Source: an uncultured Bacilli bacterium (GTDB taxonomy: Bacteria > Bacillota_I > Bacilli_A > RF39 > UBA660). Taken from it: a stretch of 64,000 bases of DNA. The stretch covers positions 831-64,830 of the forward strand of contig CAJUKB010000006.1 in assembly GCA_910587325.1 (NCBI GenBank), read 5' to 3'. Below the pieces are notes generated by a model that saw only the letters and a list, made by a program, of their open reading frames with translations, ran no database searches and was not told where the DNA came from. Of the stretch, positions 1-10,213 are shown piece after piece. The translations under genes and the position numbers were made by a program. How positions within the stretch are numbered: position 1 is the stretch's first letter; each line of letters starts with the position of its first letter.

Positions 1-438
1 TATTTCATTATATATATCTACAAGTTCATATATATATTTCTTTTCATTATAATATATATACGCAATATCTTTTAGCTGTAACTTATACAAATTTTTAAAA
101 TAAGAGATTTTACTACTTCCACTATGAGAGGCAAGAATTAAATTACTAAATTCTTCTTTAGGCATTACCGAAGTTTCAATAACTTGTATATTTTTATCTA
201 CATTATTCTTTTTAGATTCTAAAGAATAAAATCCTCTCTTTAAATTAAGTTTTGGTATTTCCAAAACGCCAAGATAATCTTCTTTTTTCTTCTTTTCTGC
301 AGAAAATGAAAGAAATTCTTCTACTTGCTCTTCTGCTTTCTTTTCATTATTTATATAAATAAAATGAGAAGCGACTAAAAAGGAGAAACCTAAAACTAAG
401 AGAAATATCCCTATTTTATTTACACTTTTCTTTACCAT
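1..438 (-). CDS. Sortase (N-terminal part; C-terminus runs off the window start)
   Basis: Minus-strand translation from ATG at 438: MVKKSVNKIGIF...LEIPKLNLKRGF...ILASHSGSSKISYFKNL... It parallels the N-terminus of the 37898..38518 sortase (LKIPKINLERG...ILAGHSG). Its start overlaps the stop of the upstream adhesin gene by ~23 nt. Confidence 0.6.
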   Translation of the reverse strand, partial: MVKKSVNKIGIFLLVLGFSFLVASHFIYINNEKKAEEQVEEFLSFSAEKKKKEDYLGVLEIPKLNLKRGFYSLESKKNNVDKNIQVIETSVMPKEEFSNLILASHSGSSKISYFKNLYKLQLKDIAYIYYNEKKYIYELVDIYNEI

Positions 439-2527
439 AAAACATAAATCCTATTCCCAAAATCATAAGAACAAAAGCGTACATAATATCTCCATTTAAT
501 GACTTGCCTGTATTAGGTACTTTTACAATTTTCTCATTTTCCATCGATACCCGCACTATTTCTTTATCTTTGTTTATTTCGAAATAAAGTGGTTTTTGAT
601 ATAACTGGTACCCTTTTAATGCTTTTACTTCTTTAATGTAATATTTCCCATATGCTAAGTTATCCACAACAATTTTACCATTTTCGTCTGTCATACCTTT
701 ATAAATTAACTTGTTTTCCTCATTATAAATTTCAATTAAAACATTAGGTAAAAACTTACCGGTTTTCGCATCTACTTTATAAAATTCTAAAGTACCTCTA
801 TAGGGTTTATTTAACAGAGTCATATATGTCCTTCTATTTGTATTTTCATCTACAATTAAAGAAATATCCTTCACATAATGATATCCTTCTTTTCCATTTA
901 CTTGTTTCATTATATATTCTCCATAAGGAAGAACTACGCTAGAAAATCCATTTTCTTCTATTTTGATTGTTGCAACTTTTTGTAAGTTTGATTTATAAAA
1001 GACATCAAATATTGCACCCACCTCCGGTTTTATATCTAAATAATACAAATAGTTTTTATTAAGTATTAATTCTGTTTTATAAATTTCATCCCATAACTTA
1101 ATCGAAATAACACTATCTGCATTTTCTTTGGTTACTTGAAAATAATGTTTTTTTGTATCTAATTTATATCCTTTTGGAGCTTTTATTTCTTGAATATAAT
1201 ACTCTCCTAGTAAAAGATTACGAATGGATTTTGCCCTACAATCATCACCTATTACAAGGTTTTGCAACAATTCGCCTTCTTTGGAATATATTCCGTAAAC
1301 CGCTCCTTTTAATGAAGCATAAATACTAGTTGTTTTACAACTTTTCGTATCTTTATCGTACTTCAAAATTTCTACTTGTCCTAAAAAGATTTTATCATAT
1401 ACAACTAAATTCTTAGTTGGTGCCTCTATACTTAATTCAAAATAATATTGATTTAAATCAAGTTCATAGTTTAAACCTGCTTCTACTTCTTTTATATAAT
1501 AAGTACCCAATTCTAAATCTTCTATGGCAGCACTACAATTCTCATCAATTTCCAAATCACTTACAAATGTTCCATCTTCTTTATATAATTTATATATACT
1601 TCCTTTTAAAGAACCACCCTCACCAGGTTTACAAGTTTTATTATCTTGATCATATTTCTTTAAATTTAATGTTCCACTTACAACTTCAAAGCGAACACTA
1701 GCATTTAAGGAAGGAATATTTCCAGGGACTAAAACATTTTGTCCTCTATTTGAAGCATAGACAATAAAGGACATCTCCCAGGCATTTGCCGTTTTCACTA
1801 ACCCAATACTTCCATTTGCTTTGGAGTTTGGTGTAACAATAAGCCCATTTTGTTCTATCCGATACGTACAATTTTCACAATTTGTAACAGAAAAACCATT
1901 TAGACTCCCAAAATTGTAAGAACCGCGATAAGGAATTTTAACAGAACTTGTTACACTAGGCATGGCTAAATACTGACTCACCAACTCTCGAATCTCCTCT
2001 ATATGGGCTTGTATCTCACTTGGAGTATCTATCACATACTTATAAGGGTCATCTGGATTATAACGACTTGTAAACTGAAATGTTCTTCCTGTTTCATTCC
2101 AAATTAATGCTTGCGTTGCAACAATCCAATCTACTCCTGTATGCCCATTATATCCATAGCCAAAATAAGCATACAAAGAAACTTTATTTAATTGCTCTTC
2201 TGTTAAAGAGACTTTACTAGCAAGTTCTGCCATAGACAAATCATAATAACCATTATAAGTACCATTTCCTAAAGATACTCCAGGTTCTATACAATAAGTT
2301 GTTTTTCCATCACTTATTCTCGTAAAATGTTCAAAATTTCCATAATGTCCTTTTGAATCCACAAAACTATATGTACTAATAAAAGTACCTTTAAATGAAT
2401 CTGTTGTTGTACCTGCATTTACAAAGCAAGGCACAATACACAATAGGAAAATGACTACTATTACTACTTTTTTACTTCTAATAAACATTACTACACTTCT
2501 CCTTTCATTCTTATATATACAGTGCAA
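416..2527 (-). CDS. Surface adhesin: signal peptide, thioester domain (Cys in YCIEPG, TQALIW motif), Cna-B/SpaA-type repeats, C-terminal sorting signal VPNTG + hydrophobic stretch + KEKCK
   Basis: TQxxIW thioester-domain signature with the upstream Cys. Repeated G(A/S)xYxxYxx(E/D)G...GxYYxxEx(K)AP(K/E)GY(x)LD units. LPxTG-like VPNTG motif, TM helix and basic tail. Sortase gene immediately downstream. Confidence 0.7.
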   Translation of the reverse strand: MHCIYKNERRSVVMFIRSKKVVIVVIFLLCIVPCFVNAGTTTDSFKGTFISTYSFVDSKGHYGNFEHFTRISDGKTTYCIEPGVSLGNGTYNGYYDLSMAELASKVSLTEEQLNKVSLYAYFGYGYNGHTGVDWIVATQALIWNETGRTFQFTSRYNPDDPYKYVIDTPSEIQAHIEEIRELVSQYLAMPSVTSSVKIPYRGSYNFGSLNGFSVTNCENCTYRIEQNGLIVTPNSKANGSIGLVKTANAWEMSFIVYASNRGQNVLVPGNIPSLNASVRFEVVSGTLNLKKYDQDNKTCKPGEGGSLKGSIYKLYKEDGTFVSDLEIDENCSAAIEDLELGTYYIKEVEAGLNYELDLNQYYFELSIEAPTKNLVVYDKIFLGQVEILKYDKDTKSCKTTSIYASLKGAVYGIYSKEGELLQNLVIGDDCRAKSIRNLLLGEYYIQEIKAPKGYKLDTKKHYFQVTKENADSVISIKLWDEIYKTELILNKNYLYYLDIKPEVGAIFDVFYKSNLQKVATIKIEENGFSSVVLPYGEYIMKQVNGKEGYHYVKDISLIVDENTNRRTYMTLLNKPYRGTLEFYKVDAKTGKFLPNVLIEIYNEENKLIYKGMTDENGKIVVDNLAYGKYYIKEVKALKGYQLYQKPLYFEINKDKEIVRVSMENEKIVKVPNTGKSLNGDIMYAFVLMILGIGFMFYGKEKCK

Positions 2528-2592
2528 ATTGGGAATTTCCTTTTTTTTAAGTGAAATTTTTACAAAAAAAATAATTTACTCTTAAAAGTAAA

Positions 2593-3279
2593 CTATTCTC
2601 CCTTTAAAATGGGATACTTATTGTACATGAATTCATCGTTGTATTTTTTATCGTAATACTCTCCAATAAAAGTCTTAGGTGGCTTTTCTTTATGACGTGC
2701 GACCATCCGTCCAAACACACTATAGGAAAAAAGCATATCAAAGGTTAAAAAGAGAAGTAAAAAAATGCTAATTGTCTTTCCAACTTTATAAGGAATTTTT
2801 TCAATCCACTTAGAAACTACTGGATACACAATTTTTAAAAGAACTACTCCCATAATGCCCCATACAATCATAATAGGAATTGTGGTTTTCCCCTCTATAT
2901 TTAAAAACATTCTTGAATAATCCCAAAATTGTATATTAAAAATTTTTTCTGCTAAAACGCCTGCAATGTATTCGAAGACTCCTCCTAGTAAAAAAGCATA
3001 GATAAATGTTTTAATAAAACCCCTTCTTCCATTGTGTGGGCCTAAAATAGCTAAAAATAAAATCAAACCAAAGCCATACAATGTGCTAAAGGGGCCAATT
3101 AATAAATCATGACGGCTTGTCCATACACCATGTTGAACAAACCACTGTATCTCTTCAAAAAAACTACCAAAAATACTACCAAGCACAAAAAAAAGAAAAA
3201 TCTTATCAAAACATAAACCTTGTGCAAATACTTTTTTGTTCTGCTTCATAATAATCACACTCTTAAAATTAGTGTGCAT
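2593..3279 (-). CDS. Polytopic membrane protein of unknown function
   Basis: 228 aa with ~6 hydrophobic helices. No catalytic motifs recognised. Confidence 0.4.
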   Translation of the reverse strand: MHTNFKSVIIMKQNKKVFAQGLCFDKIFLFFVLGSIFGSFFEEIQWFVQHGVWTSRHDLLIGPFSTLYGFGLILFLAILGPHNGRRGFIKTFIYAFLLGGVFEYIAGVLAEKIFNIQFWDYSRMFLNIEGKTTIPIMIVWGIMGVVLLKIVYPVVSKWIEKIPYKVGKTISIFLLLFLTFDMLFSYSVFGRMVARHKEKPPKTFIGEYYDKKYNDEFMYNKYPILKGE

Positions 3280-3377
3280 TATTTAAGAAAAAAATATTCT
3301 TTTGCCTTGCTATTTTACGATTATCGTAAAAAATATATTGATTTTTAATAAATAAGTTGTTATGCTGTTAGCAAGAG

Positions 3378-3839
3378 GTGAAGAAAATGCAAAAAAGTAC
3401 AATTGCAAGAATCATAACGATATTATTAGATATTATTTTTATAGGAGGAGTAATCGTAACATATTTTATACCAACCCTTTATGATATTTTTAAAGTTCCA
3501 AATATCAGTTCTTTCCAAAATCACACTTTTTTATATAAACTTGCTTTTTATCTTTGTTATTTCACATTTTTAGGAATTATTTTTTTCTTAACCAAAGTAT
3601 TCCATTTAGTCTATAATGGAAGTCCTTTCAAAAAAGAACTTGTTTTATTTCTTAAAGGTATTGCTGTATTATTTATGCTTTTAACCATTATTAACTTTAT
3701 TAAATTTATATTTATACCTAGTATTTTATCTATTGTTGTTATCGTGATTACGTTTATTGCAAGTTTAAGTTTTTATGTTTTAAGTCAAGTATTCAAAACG
3801 GCGATTGCTTATAAACATGAAATAGATTTCACAATTTAG
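3378..3839 (+). CDS. Small multi-pass membrane protein (DUF2975-like partner of a YozG-type regulator)
   Basis: 153 aa with 4 predicted TM helices. Sits immediately upstream of a 74-aa HTH gene; this pair is a conserved two-gene arrangement. Confidence 0.5.
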   Translation: MKKMQKSTIARIITILLDIIFIGGVIVTYFIPTLYDIFKVPNISSFQNHTFLYKLAFYLCYFTFLGIIFFLTKVFHLVYNGSPFKKELVLFLKGIAVLFMLLTIINFIKFIFIPSILSIVVIVITFIASLSFYVLSQVFKTAIAYKHEIDFTI

Positions 3840-3848
3840 GAGGTTATC

Positions 3849-4073
3849 ATGATTATTGTAAATTTAGATGTAATGATGGCAAAAAGAAAAATGTCTTTGA
3901 ATGAACTAAGTTTAAAAACCGGCATTACGACTACAAATCTTTCCATATTAAAAACAAACAAAGCAAAAGCTATTCGCTTTTCTACACTAGAAGCAATTTG
4001 CAAAGCCTTACATTGCCAACCACAAGATATTTTAGAATATGAGGAGAATCAAAATGAAAACAAGGAAAAATGA
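3849..4073 (+). CDS. HTH transcriptional regulator, Cro/C1 (XRE) family, YozG-like
   Basis: 74 aa. MSLNELSLKTGITTTNLSILKTNKAKAIRFSTLEAICKALHCQPQDIL is a classic short XRE helix-turn-helix. Confidence 0.7.
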   Translation: MIIVNLDVMMAKRKMSLNELSLKTGITTTNLSILKTNKAKAIRFSTLEAICKALHCQPQDILEYEENQNENKEK

Positions 4074-5289
4074 AATTTTAACAACAGCTATTTGTAGTTT
4101 TATACTTGCAAGTATAATCACAGTTTTGAAGTTATGGATAAAAGATTTTTATTTAAAAACCTATACTCTTCCCTTTACCCTTTTACTAGTAGGATTTTTA
4201 TTTTTAACCTTTTACTTGAAAGCAGAAAAGAACAAAAAAGCACTAATCCTTCTTATACCTATTCTTTTAATATTAGGAAGTTATTTTATTCCAATTGCCT
4301 TAAGTAACAAAGTAATTAATGTATTTATCTTTCCATTAGTAATAAGCATATTTTTCCTAAGTTATTTAAATAAAAAATATGAGCTTAATCGTCACTTTTG
4401 GAAATGTATTTTTAAACTTTTTCCAAACAAATTATTAGAAAATCTAAAAGAGCTCTCTATTTTCAAGAAGAAGAAGGAAAGAAAAATAAATACTTCCAAA
4501 ATTGCTAACATTTGTATAGGGTGTATAATTGGAATTCCCATCGCTTTTATTATTTTATCTCTATTAACAAGTGCAGACCAATATTTTAATTCTTTTATTG
4601 ATACTTTGTTAGCATTCCTACACAATAGTGAAAAATGGGATACTATTTTAAACAATTTACTAAAAATACTTTTCTATTTTATTATCATTTTTAATATTTA
4701 CAGAAATGCGAGCAAAAGCAAAAAAGAGAAACAAAATAACGAAATAAAAACCAAAGATGTGAATGAGACTATAATCAAAACCATTCTTCTCATTATAAAT
4801 ATGGTATTTATCCTATTTCTTATTTCAGAAATTTCAAAATTAACAATCAATTTTTTAGAATTACCAACAGAATATACATATGCAAGCTATGCAAGGGAGG
4901 GATTTTTCCAATTACTTTTTGTAACAGTAATTAATTTTGTTATCATTACTTATGTACTTTATTATACAAACACTCTTGATAAAAGTAAAAATATCAAAAG
5001 ACATTTACTTGTTTTAATAATATTTTCAATTATCCTTATCTTTAATGCTTACTATCGCATGTTTTTATATATGTATGAGTATGGATTTACTATATTACGA
5101 CTACAAGTCATATTATTTTTACTTATGGAATTCATTCTATTCTGTATTTGTATAAAAAAAATCTGCTTCCATTTAAAAATGAAAGACAGCTTATTATTTA
5201 TGAGTGTCATATTAACTACTTACATCGTTAATTTATATTTATGTATAGAACCTTTTATCAATTTCTTAAATAAAATATTTTTAAAGTAA
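4054..5289 (+). CDS. Large polytopic membrane protein, unknown function
   Basis: ~410 aa with >10 hydrophobic segments. Start moved to the ATG at 4054 (MKTRKNEIL), which is preceded by AGGAGA. Confidence 0.4.
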   Translation: MKTRKNEILTTAICSFILASIITVLKLWIKDFYLKTYTLPFTLLLVGFLFLTFYLKAEKNKKALILLIPILLILGSYFIPIALSNKVINVFIFPLVISIFFLSYLNKKYELNRHFWKCIFKLFPNKLLENLKELSIFKKKKERKINTSKIANICIGCIIGIPIAFIILSLLTSADQYFNSFIDTLLAFLHNSEKWDTILNNLLKILFYFIIIFNIYRNASKSKKEKQNNEIKTKDVNETIIKTILLIINMVFILFLISEISKLTINFLELPTEYTYASYAREGFFQLLFVTVINFVIITYVLYYTNTLDKSKNIKRHLLVLIIFSIILIFNAYYRMFLYMYEYGFTILRLQVILFLLMEFILFCICIKKICFHLKMKDSLLFMSVILTTYIVNLYLCIEPFINFLNKIFLK

Positions 5290-5329
5290 ATGAACCAATG
5301 TTTTAGTTTATTTGCTTTTTTTATTTTAA

Positions 5330-5641
5330 CTATGAAATTAAACGAAATTCTTTTTCTAATTTTTTTCTTTGCAAAGTATAGTCTTTTCCGTAAAGATCTG
5401 CCATCATATGAAAATAGCCATCTAAAAACAAATATTTTTCTACGTCAGTTAATTCATAAGAAAGATATTGCAAATATAATTGATACAAATGAGTTCCTTC
5501 AAAATAGTCATTAGATAGTATATATTTTACAACAAAGTCTTTATTACTTAATAAATAAGACTTTAAAGCATTTGTTTCCTCCGCATCGATTACTAAACGA
5601 AAACGAAAACCAATATTATCTTCTATTTTTGAGTGAGACAT
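5330..5641 (-). CDS. Hypothetical protein
   Basis: 103-aa ORF downstream of fic, same strand. No recognisable motifs. Confidence 0.3.
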   Translation of the reverse strand: MSHSKIEDNIGFRFRLVIDAEETNALKSYLLSNKDFVVKYILSNDYFEGTHLYQLYLQYLSYELTDVEKYLFLDGYFHMMADLYGKDYTLQRKKLEKEFRLIS

Positions 5642-5832
5642 TACAAAACGATTTACAAATTCGTTTATCCTAGAAAATATTTAACAAAGTAAAAAGAATC
5701 TTTTAAAGAAGCACAGGCTTCATAATTTGTTAACCATAATAATGCTAACTTCATTGTTGAAAGCTTATATTTGTTAATAATACTATTTCTTACATTGTTA
5801 ATTTTCATTTCTATCACCTTTATTTCAATTTT

Positions 5833-6381
5833 TCAAAATTCGTCAGTTTCATAGTAATATGAAGTTTCTATACCTTTAAAAATTGTCTCTAAACTAAAAT
5901 CGTCTGTTAAACTATTTTCAATTAAAGTTTTAATTTCTAAAATGTTAATAGGACTTCGTTCCATTGCTTGCAAATACATCCTTTTATCTATTGCTTTCCA
6001 ATTCACTATACGATTTATATTCTTTTTAAGTAGCAAATCCAACCAAATACGCATACTTCTTCCATTACCTTCCAAAAAAGGATGAGCGATATTCATTTCT
6101 ACATATTTAGCAATAATTTCATTTAACGTTGTTTGAGGCATAAGTTCTATCTTTTTTAAAATATCTTCTAAATATAGAGAATTAGCAAATCTAAAATTCC
6201 CTTTTGAAATATTTTCTTTTCTTATCAAGCCCGCAAAACTATACAAATTATCAAACAAATACTTATGAATTTGTTGTAGTCCCTTTACTGTACCTATTTC
6301 AATGGTATCAATTTCATTACTTGTAAATAATCTTTTTGCATTTTCTAAACTTTTTTTATCAGTTTCATTCATACTTGTCAC
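5833..6381 (-). CDS. Fic/Doc-family protein (AMPylation-type Fido domain)
   Basis: Canonical Fic motif [12 protein letters not shown] (HPFx[DE]GNGR) within a 182-aa ORF. Confidence 0.8.
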   Translation of the reverse strand: MTSMNETDKKSLENAKRLFTSNEIDTIEIGTVKGLQQIHKYLFDNLYSFAGLIRKENISKGNFRFANSLYLEDILKKIELMPQTTLNEIIAKYVEMNIAHPFLEGNGRSMRIWLDLLLKKNINRIVNWKAIDKRMYLQAMERSPINILEIKTLIENSLTDDFSLETIFKGIETSYYYETDEF

Positions 6382-6431
6382 CTTTTATCAAGTATAAAAA
6401 AAGCCTACCTTAGTGGGCTTCGATTTTCAAT

Positions 6432-6505
6432 TGGCAGGGGATGAGAGAATCGAACTCCCAACTAAAGTTTTGGAGACTCCTATTATACCATTTAACTAAT
6501 CCCCT
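6432..6505 (-). tRNA. trnW: tRNA-Trp (anticodon CCA)
   Basis: Minus-strand sequence AGGGGATTAGTTAAATGGTATAATAGGAGTCTCCAAAACTTTAGTTGGGAGTTCGATTCTCTCATCCCCTGCCA folds as a cloverleaf. 7-bp acceptor stem, GTTA/TAAT D stem, anticodon stem GGAGU/ACUUU with loop CUCCAAA, T arm GGGAG-TTCGATT-CTCTC, encoded CCA end. Very close to Bacillus tRNA-Trp. Confidence 0.85.
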
Positions 6506-6578
6506 AAAATTTTTTTCAACAAGGTTATTATAACACAACATTTAACCAATACGCAAATATTTTCATATATTATTCTAG

Positions 6579-7010
6579 GTGATATATATGCTTATTAATT
6601 ATACGACAAAAGAACTGGAATTATTAGCAAGAATTATGCGTGCAGAAGCACTTGCTGAAGGAAACCTTGGAATGCTGATGGTAGGAAATGTAGTCGTAAA
6701 TAGAAGTGTTGCAAATTGTTTAACCTTTAAAAACATTCGTAGCATTACTGATGCCATTTACCAAGCAAACCAATTTGCTGGAACCAATTCTTCTTTATTT
6801 CAAGCCTCTCCTACAACTCATGAAAAAAACTTAGCAGAAAGAGTATTACGTGGAGAATACTACTATCCTGCAACCCATGCTTTATGGTTCTATGCACCTG
6901 CCAAAAATACAAGTTGTCAATCTACTTGGTATGGACAAAAATTAGCTGGAAGTTATAGAAATCATTGTTTTTATAGACCAGATGCTGGAACTTGTGAAGA
7001 ATTGTATTAA
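6579..7010 (+). CDS. Cell-wall hydrolase, SleB/CwlJ (Hydrolase_2) family
   Basis: ELELLARIMRAEALAEGNLGMLMVGNVVVNRS...IYQANQFAG matches the conserved SleB-type catalytic domain. Confidence 0.75.
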   Translation: MIYMLINYTTKELELLARIMRAEALAEGNLGMLMVGNVVVNRSVANCLTFKNIRSITDAIYQANQFAGTNSSLFQASPTTHEKNLAERVLRGEYYYPATHALWFYAPAKNTSCQSTWYGQKLAGSYRNHCFYRPDAGTCEELY

Positions 7011-7024
7011 GCCATATGGCTTTT

Positions 7025-8257
7025 TTATTTTAAATATTCTTGTATAGTTTTAGCTGATTTGAAATTACAAAATATTTTTTCTTTATGATTTTTCATATAT
7101 TCATTTAATTCCTTTTCATTTTTAAAACACAATTTAACTATAAACATCTTTTTATTTAGATTTTCATTATCTAATAAAAGTTTATTATTGTTTTCAATAC
7201 TTTTTAAAACTGAATTATATACAATATTTATTGTAGGAAGTTTAATTTTTTTTGAAAATAAATTAAAATAACAATCCGTATTAAATTGTAGCAAAAAAGA
7301 TTTACCTATATTTTTATTAATAATTTCTAAGTCCTGACCTTCCCAATTTCCATTTAAACAATCTATATGTTCGTAAAACTTTATTGGTTTCTTTTTTATT
7401 AAATTTTGATATAATTCTTCTACTTCACATATTATATTAAATTCCACATCTTCTTTTGGAATATCAAATTTTATTCCCAATTCAGTTTCAATTTTTAAAA
7501 GTTTTTCCCAAAAAGCAGCACTATTTTCATCAAATTTCTTATTATTTTGCATTGTAGAAAATTCTTGTAATTTTACATTATCTACGTATCCATTTCCATC
7601 TATAATAGAATTATATATCATTACGCTTTCTACTATGTCTTTTGTTGATGAAGCAAATTGTAATTTTAAAGAGATATTAAAACTAATTTCCTTCGTTTTT
7701 CTATTAAAAGTACAATCTATTATCAAAGGTGAAGATGTATCTGATTGATATTTTAAAATGTATTTACTATTATTAGGAACTCGTGCAACAATTAACTCTC
7801 TACTATATTTCCTATTACCAATTTTAATGGAGAAAGGGTCTGGAAATTTTGAAGGAATCATGTGAAATTTACCATCAACTAGCTTAAAAGTTTCATAGGG
7901 AAGAAAAGACTTAACCATCAATTTTTCAAGAGCTACTTTTTTACCATTGAGGATTATAAATCCTTCTTCAATTGGTTCCAACTGCATAGTTTTTTGTGAA
8001 TTATAAAAATAATACATCAAATCATTAAAAGTATAATAACTCCCTAAATCTTTTTCTTGCTCTTTAGATAAAATTACTTTTATTCCATCTATTTTAAATT
8101 TTCCGGTTTTTCCAACTACAATATAATTCCCATTTTTGTCTTTTTTGTATTCCAAATCAGATGGTAAATCTTTTTTACCAAAAAAATCTATTAATTCATC
8201 AGGACATTTATATTGCGCTTTTCTATCTGGATTAAAAATCTTATTAAAATCGTACAT
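7025..8257 (-). CDS. Hypothetical protein; downstream member of a two-gene pair (possible AbiGii-like abortive-infection partner)
   Basis: 410 aa with no enzymatic motif. Start overlaps the stop of the upstream 281-aa gene (ATGA). Confidence 0.4.
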   Translation of the reverse strand: MYDFNKIFNPDRKAQYKCPDELIDFFGKKDLPSDLEYKKDKNGNYIVVGKTGKFKIDGIKVILSKEQEKDLGSYYTFNDLMYYFYNSQKTMQLEPIEEGFIILNGKKVALEKLMVKSFLPYETFKLVDGKFHMIPSKFPDPFSIKIGNRKYSRELIVARVPNNSKYILKYQSDTSSPLIIDCTFNRKTKEISFNISLKLQFASSTKDIVESVMIYNSIIDGNGYVDNVKLQEFSTMQNNKKFDENSAAFWEKLLKIETELGIKFDIPKEDVEFNIICEVEELYQNLIKKKPIKFYEHIDCLNGNWEGQDLEIINKNIGKSFLLQFNTDCYFNLFSKKIKLPTINIVYNSVLKSIENNNKLLLDNENLNKKMFIVKLCFKNEKELNEYMKNHKEKIFCNFKSAKTIQEYLK

Positions 8258-9102
8258 TAAAAATCTCCTCCATCGTTATCCCATATAATGATTTTAGAAA
8301 TAAGATCATAAAGTTCTTCTTTAGGTAATGCAAATTTCTCTATCTCCTTTACAATAAATCTAAAGTCCTCATCCGTTTTCACTATAATATATTTTAAATC
8401 AGAATATTCAAAAGTTAAAGAAATCTCTTTATTTTCAATCATGGAATCGCTAAGATCTTTTATATTCCCCAAATCAATAATAGTATCACCAAAATATATA
8501 GGGCTATAATCAGTTTTTGAAACATCTGGGATATATCGCCATTCACATTCATCTGTAAAACATTTTTCTAATGTTTTCTTTTGCAACCGATTTTCCATTT
8601 TTCCCGAATATGGTTTCATATATACTAATTGAGACAATAATTGACTTTTCAAATTTTTTTCTAAAATTGATTCTGGCAAATTTATTGTTTTCAATGCCAA
8701 ATTAAATGCTTTTGTAAAGTCTTTTCTAAAATTTGAAGATGGATTGATATAATGAATTGGTTGAATGTTATTTCGCATTGCCCATTCTTTAGTGAAGGCT
8801 AATCCATAAAATCCATACCAATTTAAATGTTCCCTTATTCTATGTAAATTTATATCGCAAAAACATTTCATAGGTATATATATTTTTTTAATTCTTTTTT
8901 TGTCTTCTTGAACTCTTAAATAACTTATATTTTCTTCACAATATCTTGGGGAAAGCATCTTATTTTTTAAAGGAAAAATAAGGTAAGAAATGTCAGTTGT
9001 AAAATTAAATAAAGTATCTGGATTGACTATAGAAGGAATATGGTTATTAGAAGATTCATAATCTTTAATATTTTTTAAAACTAGATTTGTTTCTGCCTTC
9101 AC
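8257..9102 (-). CDS. Hypothetical protein; upstream member of a two-gene pair (possible AbiGi-like)
   Basis: 281 aa, translationally coupled to the 410-aa ORF. The AbiG-like assignment rests only on sizes, order and neighbourhood (Fic, tRNA, ICE). Confidence 0.4.
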   Translation of the reverse strand: MKAETNLVLKNIKDYESSNNHIPSIVNPDTLFNFTTDISYLIFPLKNKMLSPRYCEENISYLRVQEDKKRIKKIYIPMKCFCDINLHRIREHLNWYGFYGLAFTKEWAMRNNIQPIHYINPSSNFRKDFTKAFNLALKTINLPESILEKNLKSQLLSQLVYMKPYSGKMENRLQKKTLEKCFTDECEWRYIPDVSKTDYSPIYFGDTIIDLGNIKDLSDSMIENKEISLTFEYSDLKYIIVKTDEDFRFIVKEIEKFALPKEELYDLISKIIIWDNDGGDF

Positions 9103-9257
9103 TTAATACAACCTTCTTTACCTATTATTTTTTTAACTGCATTTCATTTTTTGTACTTTATGTTAACTCTAAATTACAGAAAAAGCAACTTATATTCCAT
9201 AAAAAAATACCAAATTTAATTACATTAATTAAATTAGTATTTTTTCATATTTTTACT

Positions 9258-10187
9258 TTATGGTATTAATAATTTTTGGCCAATAGACAATGCACTCGTT
9301 GCTAAATTATTTAAGTTTTGAATAGCCGTTACAGTTGTATTAAAGTTTCTTGCAATGCTATACAAAGTATCCCCACTTTTTACGGTATAAGTTTGATAAC
9401 TTTCCATGTTTGGAATACGTAATCTTTGACCAATACTTAATAGGTTGCTTGTAAGATTATTCATACGTTTTAATTCATCTACTGTTGTTCCAAATTGATT
9501 GGCAATTTTATACAAGCTATCTCCTGATTTTACAACGTAGTATTCTTCACTTTCACTAGGTGTTGTACTTCCACTTACTTTAAGCACTTGGCCAATAGAC
9601 AAAGTATTACTGGTTAAGTTATTCATACGTTTTAATTCATCCACTGTAAGGCCATATCGATTGGCTATTCCATATAAAGTATCCCCACTTTTTACTATGT
9701 AGGTATCTTCACTAGGTGTAGTAGTACCCTCTTTTAATTTCAATACTTGACCAATAGATAAAGCATTGCTTGTTAAATTATTTAATTTTTTTAATTCATC
9801 CACTGTAAGGCCATTATTTCTAGCAATACTCCACAAAGTGTCTCCATTTTTCACAATGTATGTATTTTCAGTAGATACAGGAGTATAAGGTACACCAATA
9901 TATTCAGCAAGAGATTTTACAACCGCTTCTGCTAAACCTTCCCAATTGTTCTTTAGCTGACTTACATCATCCCCAGTACTATCTGCAAAACCATATTCCA
10001 CAATAATTGATTCGTTATTTGGAGTATTTCTTAAAATGTAATAATAATCTTGGTTTGGATTACTTGGTAATCTCCTTTGGTAATACTTGCGAACATTCTG
10101 CCCTGCTTTCGTAAAATTATCACTAATAATACTTGATAAACGATCACTATTACGTAAGGAGTAGATTACTTCCGCACCATCGCCACC
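9258..10187 (-). pseudogene. 3' fragment of a split cell-wall amidase gene (Amidase_3 C-terminal half + 4 LysM repeats), interrupted by the ICE
   Basis: Four LysM repeats (YxVKxGDTLxxIAxxxxxTVxxLxxxNNLTSN). Upstream of the GTG at 10001 the frame stays open to a TGA at 10188-10190 and reads GGDGAEVIYSLRNSD...ESIIVEYGFADSTGDD, the C-terminal half of an Amidase_3 fold. Confidence 0.7.
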
Positions 10188-10209
10188 TCAGGAGTGCCCT
10201 TATGTATAG
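10184..10209. repeat. Left ICE junction (attL-like): CACCTC crossover repeat, 8-nt spacer, 12-bp arm CCTTATGTATAG
   Basis: CACCTC at 10184-10189 recurs at 44025-44030. CCTTATGTATAG (10198-10209) is the exact reverse complement of 44005-44016. The recombinase stop codon is 4 nt away. Confidence 0.6.
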
Positions 10210-10213
10210 TAAT

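Noticed and set aside
1417-1701. 94-aa ORF antisense inside the adhesin gene
   Set aside because: Low-complexity L/Y/N-rich translation of an AT-rich antisense strand, fully embedded in a well-supported gene.
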